A stretch of 63,653 bases of DNA, counting the filler, from Intoshia linei (Eukaryota; Animalia; Orthonectida), in assembly GCA_001642005.1 (NCBI GenBank). It is 6 parts of 6 records of this genome, joined end to end, with 100 filler letters (N's around TTAATTAATTAA, not from the genome) between each part and the next. Parts side by side here need not be neighbours in the genome. Positions count along the whole stretch, not along the records: positions 1 to 21,121 come from LWCA01000668.1; 5 more parts are not named here. One strand, 5' to 3'. Under the pieces are notes generated by a model. The model worked only from the letters and a program-made list of their open reading frames with translations. It was not told the origin of the DNA and did no database searches. A program made the position numbers and the translations under genes. Positions 1 to 11,560 of the stretch are shown in pieces. Every line of letters begins with the position of its first letter. The first letter of the stretch is position 1.

Positions 1-1319
1 CGGTTTTATACATATTGGAGAACTTCCAGGTATAGTTCTTATTTCATGTTCTCGAATTTCCGTTTTTCCTGGACATTCGCTAAATATATCTCTATATTTG
101 TCCATTAAATTATTCAAGGAATTTCTGAACTTTCTTTCGTTTAAATTCAATATGTTATAATCAAATATGTTTTTTGATGTTATTAATTTGTTTTACTTTA
201 ATGTTTTTCTGTGACCGTGTCTTGATAAATCCTAACTTAATAGCTAGTCTACAAGATATAATATTATCTGAATTTTTTATTAAATAAAAATCCTCGATTG
301 AGTTGATTTTTGTTAATTTTAATTTTATATATCCCATACTAAGTATTTTTGTATTATTTACAGATCTCAAAATAATTTTTGACTTAATTATGGAAGGAGC
401 AGCATTAAAATATTTATAAGTTCTGTAATTAATTATATTAACTTTCGAACCAGTATCTATTATATAATTTAAGATTACTGATTCTTCATTACAGCTAATT
501 TCTATATTCTCCCCCAATTAATCATTATTTATTCTTTTTACCTTTGTAAATAGACAAAATTTTGAAAAGTGGTCCATCATACCACATATCGTGCACTTGG
601 TTCCGTTAACCGGACACTCAAACGAGGGGTGAAACGGTCCCCTACATTTATAACAGAATTTTTTTCCAGTTGAATTTAGATTTTTTTTTGTATTTAACAT
701 TTCATAATCTTTGCAACAATATATTGCTTCATCTAGAGATATATCTCGCTTTGACAATAATTCTCTTTGAAGGAATGAACTATTAATTCCTGCAATTAAT
801 TGAATTAATACTCTTTCTTTTTGATTATCAAATTTGCATATATTTGCAATTGACTCCAATTTATACACGAATTTAATCGACCGTTTCACCCATATTATGT
901 TTCATTTCCTGAAACCTCAATTTTTCATGGATGAGATTTGTTTCTTCGCATCTGTTTAATTTCAATTTTATTTGAGTAACAGATTGAATATCTTTACATC
1001 TTCATTTAATTTTTGATCGAGCTGTGGGTCCCATAAAATTTAAAATAAGGATTGCATTTTGCTCAGCTGTCCATTTTTTTCAGGATTATGAAAGGTGACA
1101 TAGTCGTCAAAATCAATGATCCAACTTGAAATCTTCACTACCAATTTTCCGGTTTTCGATAAAACATGAGGNAAATAAGGATTGCATTTTGCTCAGCTGT
1201 CCATTTTTTTCAGGATTATGAAAGGTAACATAGTCGTCAAAATCAATGATCAAACTTGAAATCTTCACTACCAATTTTCCGGTTTTCAATAAAAAACAAG
1301 GTTTGTCGATGTGATTCAT
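1..1319 (-). mobile_element. Ty3/gypsy LTR retrotransposon remnant: gag (two CCHC knuckles), aspartic protease, start of RT; runs off the window's left edge
   Basis: ORF 518-889 has CYKCRGPFHPSFEC and CTICGMMDHFSKFC. ORF 161-517 has IIDTGS. Bases 1-115 read NLMDKYRDIFSECPGKTEIREHEIRTIPGSSPICIKP, typical of the gypsy pre-RT segment. Stops and frameshifts lie between the segments. Confidence 0.88.
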
Positions 1320-1701
1320 TTTTTTTATTTTTAGGATCTATCTTCAATTTTGTTTTTGAAATCGATAGTTAATATATATTAGTAACGTTTTGGAGATAAT
1401 ATTTATTAAGATTACAATCTATAAATGATTTAATTTAATATTATTAGTTTTACTTGAAGTCTTGTTTATATTCCTAAAATGTAATAATAAAGTTATAGTT
1501 TAGTGTAGTCAATGCTACTGATTTGCGCTTTCACTTGTAGCTTAAATTCAAACGTGTATATTCATTAGAGAATTAATAGACTAGAAAAACATTTACTGTT
1601 GGATTATTTTATCCAGTCTAAAATTTGACCAATGTATTGACAAATAAGTTTATTGTTTATAAATAATTTGATTCTAGTTACTAAAAAATATTCACAATAC
1701 A

Positions 1702-2741
1702 ATGACAACTTTAGTTTTAATTGATTATAAACGTTATAATTGTCAAACCAGGTATCCATTAAAATTTGGTGAAAATAGGATATATAGCTATAATTCGTAT
1801 TTATGTGATTATTCTTTGACAGGTTCCATTATTATTTATTTTAGAATTTTGTTTTTTTAGATACATTTGATAACCTTTTATTAATATGTGATGAATTATC
1901 TATTGATTATTTGGAATCTGTTTATTTAAAATCTTTAAATATTAAAGGAAAAATTTTTATAATCAAAAATAATTTAAAAAAAATGAATAATAAAGAACTT
2001 GGACTATTCTGGGAAGCATTAGTTGTAAATGATTTGGGAGTAAACTTTGATGCCAAGAATGGTCTGAAATTTAGAGAAGAATTTAACGTTGACTTTTTAA
2101 ATTTTTTTTTCAATTCAGATGAATTTATTACTGCAACGAGATATTATCCATTCAACCAACAAGACATTTGTTGGATTGCATCTCTTCGATATTTTACAAT
2201 TCATGGTAAAAGTTGGTCGGATGCAGAAAATGACAGAGTGATTAAATTTAATGAAAACCATGTTGACAAAAATAAAACTTGTGAAAAATTGGTTGAAACT
2301 TGCCAAAATTTTGAAAATACTCCTAAACCCGGTACACAACAATTTTAACCATTTTTTATTAGTAGGTGTAGATATGCAATTAGAATGGACTATGGATGAT
2401 ACTGAATTCATAAACAGCGACGAGTTATTAAAACAGGAAGATTTAAATGTCCCTATTTCAAAAGGCATTTAATTACTATTTAACTTTCATTTTAATTTCA
2501 GATTCAAACACCAAATCTCGTACATGCAAAGACTGTACTTGCGGACTTGCAGAATCAAAATCGCAAGATAAATTGAAAAATTTAGAAAATGTCAAATCAG
2601 CTTGCGGAAATGTATATTGGTTTTAACTTTTTTACGTTTTTTTAGTGTTACCTTGGAGACGCATTTCGATGCTCCCGGTGCCCTTACACAGGAACACCAG
2701 CGTTTAAAGATGGAGATGTAGTTCGTTTAAAAGACGATTAA
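1702..2741 (+). CDS. CIAPIN1: Anamorsin / Fe-S cluster assembly protein DRE2 (multi-exon)
   Basis: Spliced C-terminus: [12 protein letters not shown]...[12 protein letters not shown]...[37 protein letters not shown]. Introns 2332-2362, 2465-2501 and 2612-2645. The ATG at 1702 and the 5' exons are tentative. Confidence 0.93.
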
Positions 2742-2778
2742 TTGTTTATTTTAAATTAAAATGTATGAATATTTATAA

Positions 2779-5700
2779 TTAAAGTTCAATTTCATCATGC
2801 ATTCCATATGTAACTTCACTATGAGTTGAACAATCATCAATATTTGACGATTCATTTCTTTTTTTTAAAATATTTATTTCGTTTTTGAACGAAGTTGTAG
2901 TGTACTGATCTAAACTGTTGGCGGATCCTTTTGAACTGTACAAATAATTGTCAAGGGAATTTTGTGTTGAGTTATTATATTTCGTTTTTCCATTATTTTT
3001 TGATTGTCTTTTTTTCAAGGATGAGGTAGATCTTTTTTGTTTCGTCGTAAAATTTGATAAATTATCATTTATGGCTAAATTAGTGGTTTTTTCAAACATG
3101 GATACGTATGATTCAAAAGATGTAAATGACGACGTTACTGATCTCATATTCATGAGTGAATTGGCATCGGCTTTAGGATACGTATCGGTAATATTAACAG
3201 TGCTAAATTGATTAATAATAATTAAGATTGTTAGTCAATTTTTTACCATTCAATCAAATGTTCCGTGAAAAGGATATAATCTAATTTTTCTTTATCTGAA
3301 CTGTACATTTTTTTCAAAATTTCTGTTTGCATTCCTACTGACACCTATACTTTATATTATCTGTAGTTTTCAAATTACATACCATAAAAACTGATTCAAA
3401 ATTTTTGATTAAAAATATTATTATATTTTTATAATTCTTTAAAATTTGTGGATCTGATGTGGAGTTTGGTTGGAATATATATGGTAAAAATATTTCACTA
3501 AGTTTGTGTATTACAACATAATCTTCCTAAATTGATTAATTTAAAGAAATTTACCACGTACGTTTATTTTTATGTGGTATTTATAACAATCGTGTAAGAA
3601 TCTTATCAATTGGAAGAGTGTATCGCCGTCTATTGAGTTTAATTGATATATCAAATATCTGAATAGTAGCGATTTTACATCGTGTCTTTTGTACTCTGAT
3701 ATATTTTATTAAATATTTAAGCAAAAATTCAAAAAGTACCTGTTGCACGTATCAAATTGTCTGTTATACGAGATTCTAATAAAGACGATCTTTTGGAAGT
3801 CAAATAGTATATTATTACATGGATATACTCGTATATACTGTATTGATTTACATCAACCAAACAATTTGAGTCAATTAGTAATTTTAACTAGATTTACATT
3901 TTATAACTAAATAAATACCAAATATTTTGTATCGATAATTAACAGACTCGGCAATTTAGAAACATATTTTGGGTGAATTTCACCAACATTGTAATAAATA
4001 TTAAAATTACTATGTAACAAAGTTATACTTCACGTGATTCCAAAATTTTTAAAAATTATAAATAGTGTAGCAATGAAAAAAATTCGGAAGGAATGAATTA
4101 TATAAATTTTTACCCATATTTCTGTATTAGAAATGTGTAGACGTTCAATGCACATTTTTTTTTGAAATTGTAAGATGAATATTTACATTTTCAATTTTTA
4201 TTTTAATCGAAATATTTGAAAAATATTGGTTGAATATATTAAAAGTATTTTTCCTCGGGAATGCGCAGATTTCTCGGGTTGAACTTTTGTATTTATATCA
4301 AATGGAATAAGCTCTGTCAGAAATTTTTTATGTGTGTTAACCGGATACAACTGTACCATCTATAAATTTTTTGAAATTCTAGGGCTTTTTCATTATAAAA
4401 AGAAGGGTAATTTGTGGTTTTGGCCCTGAAAATATAATTTTTTTAAATTTAAATTTATGATAATGTTTATGATTTTAAAATCCGAATCAGCGTATATATA
4501 TTTTTAAATTCTCCAACTCGTATGATTTTCAAAAAGAAAGACAATTGAGGTTTTTGACCCGTAAGATGTGAGTTTGGGAGGTTGAAATTATTTTTGCGAA
4601 TACCCCCGGAAAAAACTGTAATTAATATGTGTACTTTATAAAATTCTAAAACGGGTAGTTATTTAAATCAAGCTTTAATATAATATTGTTTTAATAAAAT
4701 AGTTTCGAAATAAATAAAATGAATACTAAAATGCTTTTTTCACCGTGAAGACGTCGCTTTATCAAATTAAATTTAATTTTTTTGTGTGTATAACTGGATA
4801 TAACTATCAACAGTAATTTTTTCGGTTTACGCGTTATGATAATGTTTATGATTTTAAAACTTATCCCACAATTTATGTTGTATACAATTGTAGCATGTTT
4901 TTCATTTTTACAAAAAAGGGTAATTTTTAGACGATTTTTAAATTAAAATTTATCATAATGTTGATGATTTTAAACTCTTTATGAGATTATTTATTTTTTA
5001 TAAGTTTACGACTCGTTATAATTTTAAAAAAAATTATAATTGGTATTTTTAAAAGACTCAATTTGTGAAAATGAAATTTACGATAAAACATGCCCCTCAA
5101 AAAACCGTATTAGGAATATGGAATTTTAAAACTTGACTCCTCTTACTTTCATATAATATCATATATACAATAAATTGGAACATCAGACAAATATTATACT
5201 AAACAACGTTATAAAAGAAAGGAATTGATATATGGTTACTATAGAGACCCTATTCGGGCCTCGACGAAATTTTTGTAAAATACTATATTCATTTTTCTAA
5301 ATTGAACAGTTCAAAAAATTAAATTATTGACATGTGAATATTAACTACATTATTTGTATTTTGTTTGTCAAGTTAAAATATCAAGTCAAGGCCATTCCAA
5401 GGGATTGGAAAATGGGCTAAGGTTATTATTGATACTAAGCATCAGTTAGGAGATTTTTTTATGAGTCAATTTTTAATTTTCGTGGCCTCGAGACTTAGTC
5501 TGTCCAGATAAAATTTTGAATTTTTGATATTATAAATTTATATAATTTTTTTAATAATGTGATATCCAATCGTAAGGTGGTCATCATAACGGGCGAATCA
5601 TTTTATTAGGAGGTGAAAACGAAAATTGTAGATGATTGGGGTGAATGATACATTTTTAGCATATTTTACTACTATAATGAAATTTGACTTACACGCTCGG

Positions 5701-7087
5701 CGAAATAAATTAATTTAGTTATAAAATAACAATAAATCATAATGCAATAAAAGTGACACTTTAAATTCTAATTGATTAATTATGTTTTAAAAAAGCGCGA
5801 GCACTAAAGGGTTAAGGAAAAAAACCGATATTACCAATATTTTTCTGAAAAATCCCATTTTACCAAAAAGTATTTTATAATAATTTAAATTATTCAGAAA
5901 ACCACACCAAATCGTCAATACGGCAGCACTTTCCCTATTTCCGCATTAACCCATTGGTTAATATAGTACAATTGTAGTTCATTTGAGAAGATTGTTTTGT
6001 TATATTAAAAGTTAACGAAAGTAATTTTTTTATAAATTGTGACTAAATTTAAAAATTCTAAAAATATCTAATCCGGTTTAGTCGAGTAAATCCATAAAAG
6101 TAACAATATTTGTAGTTTGAAATATAAACTAAAAATTCAGGTGTGATCATTCACATCATTAGTGAAAAGATAATGAGAATCGTACCTTTTTAACTTTTAT
6201 GAAGAGTTTTATGTTAATTAAAATCTAGTATATACCTTATTTGCTTGGAATGGTTTATAATCGTTGACATCTGTCATTATTCCGTCAAATCCTAAAATTT
6301 ACAAAATGTATATATAAAAATAGATGCTAATACCCACTTTGTTGATAATGTAAATTGCTTTTTTAATGGTAAGTGGTACGTGTTTTGGGGTGGTGCGGAT
6401 TCTCATAATTAAATTTTTTCGTATTATTTTATATTCAGTAGTTGTCAAATCCAATTTATCATACGTTTTTTCCATGTGATCAGTAATTGCAGTAATTATT
6501 TTATTATTCTACAAAATTATACTTTATTTTAAAATTGTGATTTACCGATTCTTCGTTTTTAGATCTAAATTTAATATATTTAACTTTCGTCTTTTGAAAG
6601 GGTTCCATTTTTAATAATAGCTGTATATTTGTTATGTATATGAAGGAAATTCCAAAATTTATACAGTTAAGGTACTTAATGTTTGCCAACGTGGGCATGA
6701 CCAGGCGCAGCCCGAACCTACCGTACCTGAGACCCTTCTTCGGATTTGGACGAAAGTTAAATCTCACAAACTTACATCTTACCGGTCAAAAACCCCAATT
6801 ATCATTTTTCATGAACATTATCATAAATTTCATGTTTTCTGTAATATTTGTGATGGAACTATCTTAAATGTATACAAAATGGGGCGCTTTGAGATAAAAA
6901 TCATTTAATCCTAATTTGAGGACCGCCGAACATTTTGCCCAACGTACTATATCAAAATAATTCTTGAAAATAATAAATTACTGAATTTTGCTGATTGTTT
7001 TTTTATCTTTGATGTGCTTAAATTTTTTGTATCTTCTAACTTGGTTGTTTGGTTCGATTGTTGTATTTTTGTTGATTTCATGATAAT
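2779..7087 (-). CDS. Divergent RhoGAP-domain protein (multi-exon; 5' end uncertain)
   Basis: Exons read HVPLTIKKAIYIINKVGFDGIMT (about 6236-6400), LFRYLIYQLNSIDGDTLFQLIRFLHDCY (about 3555-3695) and IHKLSEIFLPYIFQP...IIIFLIKNFESVF (about 3382-3527), which follow the RhoGAP helix pattern. The last exon (2779 to about 3202) is Ser/Asn-rich. Confidence 0.62.
4078..4680 (-). mobile_element. Non-autonomous Helitron family copy (partial); more diverged related sequence continues to about 5150
   Basis: Shares long blocks with copies at 8925, 12885, 20255, 26750 and 34245, e.g. gaaggaatgaattatata, tttatatcaa.tggaataagctct and taagatgtgagtttgggaggttgaaat. Confidence 0.75.
5790..5815 (+). mobile_element. 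piggyBac terminal inverted repeat (same family as the element at 54074)
   Basis: aaaaagcgcgagcactaaaggg-TTAA is the reverse complement of TTAA-cccgttagtgctcgcgcttttt at 54070, with one mismatch. Confidence 0.7.
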
Positions 7088-7474
7088 CTAAAATGAAGTA
7101 AATATTTATCAAATTACAAAATATATATTAAGTTAGGATTGATGCTTTATAAATTAAATTAATTTACATGTTAATGTATTTACATAATCATGTTAAAAAT
7201 TTAGAAAATCTTATGCAGTGATTCTCAACGTGGTCCATGTGGATCACCAGTGATTTGTAAAATGTATTGTATGAAATTTAAAATTATTTTTCTAAATTAA
7301 TTGAATAACCATTGAACCCAGATTGGGAAACCCTGCAAAGAACGAATAACTAATGTCAAATACGTAATGTAATACTCAACTTTAGTTTAATAATATGTAC
7401 TTTTTTAATGGTAGGAATAAAAAGGTTATAAATTACTTTTGGTAGACGTGAAGTTTTTGTTTTATTTTAAAATT

Positions 7475-7620
7475 CACTTTCAATTAATTCTGGCGTAATC
7501 CCAGTTCTACGAATAGACGTGAATAGCCCGCAGCACAAAATAATCTTTCAACTGATGCACTAATTGCAGATATTGATAATTTAATTATTGCTGCAATATT
7601 CCAATGCATTGATTGAAAAT
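7475..7620 (-). pseudogene. hAT transposase C-terminal dimerisation fragment
   Basis: Reads ISAISASVERLFCAAG...RRTGITPELIES (frameshifted). Confidence 0.6.
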
Positions 7621-8072
7621 CTATTCTGATTGGCAAAATTAATAGTTTTTAAAATAACTTTTTCTTAAAAGTTTCAAAAATTACTCAAAAAAATCCAATA
7701 ATTCTGTAAAAGTAAAACTAAATACTCATTAAATATCTCAGTAAAACTCAGTGCTTTTTACAAAGGTTGTATACTTACATGTATGTTAAAATTTAACAGT
7801 TAATAAAATGAATATCTTGACCACTACATTGTATTTATATTTAATCATATATATCAAAATATAACTTAATTATCGGATAAAATGCAAATTTTAGTTGATT
7901 TTTTGATATGACCTTTCTATTACTTGTCAATAACTTATTCATAAGTTAACAATAGTAACAAAGTGCAATTAACAAAAATTTTTATATATAGATTTGATTG
8001 TATTATCTTTCTCTATGTTAACATGTATTTCAACTTTGTGAACTATATTATGAAAATCTACATGTATTAGAG

Positions 8073-8555
8073 CAGTTATTCTCAATGTGGGCGATAGCGC
8101 ACCCAGGAGAGTTTTCATAATGTAGAGCCCTAGGTTTTTTAAGAAAATTTTTTTCATCTGCATCATTACGACCAATAAAACCAATTTATACTAAATTGTT
8201 ATTTCATTGTGTTCTTTTAGACATCATTAGATTAGGTTTAAAACTCTATGATAATTTATGTATTAAAATACATAATTGTATACCTTAAAAAGTTGAAAAT
8301 ACAAAATTAATTTGATTATTAAATGATTGTGAATAAATTTAATGAGCGTTAATTATTAACTTACCGTATTAAGTATTAACAAGATGAAATTATGTCTTAT
8401 ATGTAATCTTTTTGTTGATAATAAAAATATCAATTATGTAATTTTACTCATTTAGAAAAAAATTAATTAATTAATAATTAATTTTTAACTAATTATTTTA
8501 TTAATTTAATTTAAAAAATAAAAGTAGATCTATACACCCCGGTTAAGAACCACTG
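8073..8555. mobile_element. hAT-type MITE
   Basis: Ends cagttattctcaa...ttaagaaccactg; flanks tattagag and acttagag form a degenerate 8-bp TSD. Confidence 0.6.
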
Positions 8556-8924
8556 ACTTAGAGTATAAGTCTGATATGTATGATAATATGTATAATATTA
8601 AAAATAAAGTAAAAACAGTCCAATCCTAAAAATTATCATAAATAGCATAAATTCCAGAAAAAATAATATTATAAAAACCTATTTTTTCATTTTCAGTGGG
8701 ATGATATATATTCAGTACCAATTTAATAAATACTTAAAATTACCAATTATATATCAATAATTAACCGAATCTTCACTTTATAAACATATTTTAGTCGAAT
8801 TTTACCAAATATTACAAAGGATTGTAATAAATATAAAAATGATACTAACAAGGTGATTTTAGTTTCGTTGTTCAGTTTCTATTAAAATTTTATTCAAAAT
8901 GTTTTGAAAATGAGAATTTCAAAT

Positions 8925-9694
8925 TTAAAAATTGCGAAGGAATGAATCATATAGATTTTCACCCATATTTCTTTATTGGACATGCGTAGACGGTCACTGC
9001 ACATTTTTTTAAATTGTAGGATCAATATTTACATTTTCAATTTTTATTTTACATATTGTTAATCGAAATATTTGAAAAATATTGATTGATAATATATTAA
9101 AAATTATTTTTCATCGGAAATGCGTAGATTTCTCGTGTTGAACTTTTGTATTTATATCAACTGGAATAAGCTCTATCAGAATAATTTTTTTTTTAATTTT
9201 TGGACCGTTAATTATTTCACATTTTTTGTTTTAATAAAATATTTCGGAAAAAAAATATATGAATACTTAAATGCATTTTTGACCGTGAAGTCGTCACTTA
9301 TTCGGATTGAAATTTTCTGTGTGTGTTAACATGATATAACTCTACCACCTGTAAATTTTGTGAAATTCTAGGGCTGTTTTCAAAAAAAGGAAGGGTAATT
9401 TGGGGTTTTGGCCCTGAAGATATAATTTTTTTAAATCTAATTTTATGATAATTTTAATGATTTTAAAATTCGTATCAGCGTATATATTTTTTTTAAATTC
9501 TCCAACTCGTTTGATTTCAAAAAAAGGGACAATTGGGGTTTTTGACTAGTAAGATGTGAGTTTGGGAGGTTGAAATTTATCTTATTATACGTCCCGGAAA
9601 AAACTGTAATTCAAATGTAGACTTTATAAAATTCTAAGACTCGTAGTTATTTCAATAAAGTGGAACACACACAAACATATTATATAATTTAGGA
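8925..9694 (-). mobile_element. Non-autonomous Helitron family copy with 5' terminus
   Basis: The minus strand begins A|TCCTAAATTATATAATATG, followed by a GT microsatellite-like tract; the body is homologous to the other copies. Confidence 0.8.
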
Positions 9695-10429
9695 TTAAAT
9701 ATTATATTTAAGTATTTACATTGTAATAGTAAATACTAAAATGTTCATTAAATAATGGTCAATGTAAAAGTTTGACGCTAATTTTTAAAAATTCATAAAA
9801 TAAACTAAACTTTCCTTGCGGTGCACTCCAACTCTACTCATGGCGCATTAGTGCGCCGAGGCACACCAGTTAATAATCACTGCTCTAAACTTAAAAAAAA
9901 GTTCTTGAGTTGGTAAAGAACTTAGTCGATTTTTTTATTACCATATTTTTAATTTATGTTATTAAGACGTATAATACACATATAAGTTGAATATTGATGA
10001 TATTTACAATTCACGACACCTTGGATCAACGATTTTGGAAATTTTTGTACTCTCGAGTCTTAAACCCATTTTGTTGATTAGTAAGTTAAGTAAGTTTGAC
10101 ATAGTAAATACATGGTTAATATACAAAAAGAACTCTAAAATAGCTACTTAAATAAATTCTAATTGAGTTTTGTCAATGTTGATACTTTACGGCGAAAAAA
10201 AAACCAAACTAATACAATTTTTAGTATCCAAAGATAGATAACTTACAATACAATTATAATTATATAATACTAACAATACAACATACTAAATTAATTTATT
10301 TAAAAAATCACTCAAGTGAAATACATTGTACGAACATGTGCAGAATTGACTTTTGTTGGTAATTTTAGTATTTTTAATTATTTAAAAATACTTTTGTAAA
10401 GTGGCCAACGAGGGTGCTGTTTCAAGGTT

Positions 10430-11415
10430 AAACTAGTTCAAAATTTGGATATCAATTGCTGTAAAGAAAATAGTGAAATTTAAATTAATATTTCGCACGA
10501 GACTTTCGAAAATTAAAAATATTCATTTTAATAAATATTTGAAAAAACAACTCATAAAAATACGTATTAGAAAATTAAATTTATGAATAATAAAAGTTCA
10601 AAATTGGGTCAATTTCAAATTGGTTGGATGGAATAATGAGTGTCTTTATATTTTTACAAAAATTTTTACAAAGTAAAAATGTCATGTCCACTAACCATAA
10701 ATTTTATATACCTTCTACGTTGACTTCACCGATTTTAGATAAACGGTTATTTCTTAATTTCATCATCATTTTAGATAATATTGATTTAGCTAAATACAAT
10801 ACTTATTAAAGCGGTCAAGTATAAAATAATAATATAAAACTGGATTCATCAAAAAATTACATTTTTTAGGTTTGTTGATGTATTTATCGTCAATTGTTTC
10901 TAAATGTTTTTGACCTAGGGAGGTGAGAATATTTCTTTCATAATTGGTAATATTTATTATCATTCGATTCTGTAAATGAACTCTTATTTCTGTATTGAGG
11001 TAGTACCATTTGTTATTTCTCTAAACTGTAAAACCTAACTTAACGTGAAAATTACATTTAGCTTCCATTTGGACTTGTAGCCTTCGGTTACATTTTCACT
11101 AACAAGACTTTCTGTTATTTCAGATTCACTGTGCATAATGCTTAAATTTGGTAAATGTGTACAGTGAGTATTTAATGGTTTATACTATTTATAATGGAAT
11201 ATTTGTTTCTGTTTGTTAAATCTCTCACCAATCACCTTTCTAACTACTGCCTATTTATTCGAAAATGTATATTTGTGTCTTTATTAACCTTAAACACTAT
11301 GGTAAGATTATTTACCAAGGTCTAGGTTCATAGTAATTACATTATTTGAACTTGGCATTGCAATTCTAATCTGAATTTGTGGATTAAATTCAAAGTCGTA
11401 TGCCAATTCAACCAT
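10430..11415 (-). CDS. Unidentified multi-exon protein-coding gene
   Basis: ATG at 11415 (MVELAYDFEFNPQIQIRIAMPSSNN) followed by several GT-AG-bounded open segments (ESEITESLVSENVTEGYKSKWKLN; SKSILSKMMMKLRNNRLSKIGEVNVE). No family recognised and the splicing is not fully resolved. Confidence 0.5.
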
Positions 11416-11560
11416 TTGTACTAATAAATAATAAAAATTTTAAAATTTTTATTTTCTCGTTTTTATATGGGAGTGTGTATGTTTACTTATACAAGAAATG
11501 AACAAATAATTAAATTAAATATTGATAATATAATATAGTTGAATTGTATTTTACATACAA

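Noticed and set aside
1043-1290. About 120-bp near-perfect tandem duplication in gag
   Set aside because: A single N sits at the junction (1172), typical of an unmerged contig overlap
9120-9329. Short ORF-track entries such as 9120, 7969, 24632, 35363, 43670 and 44013
   Set aside because: They lie in repeats or AT-rich introns, or are antisense shadows of real exons
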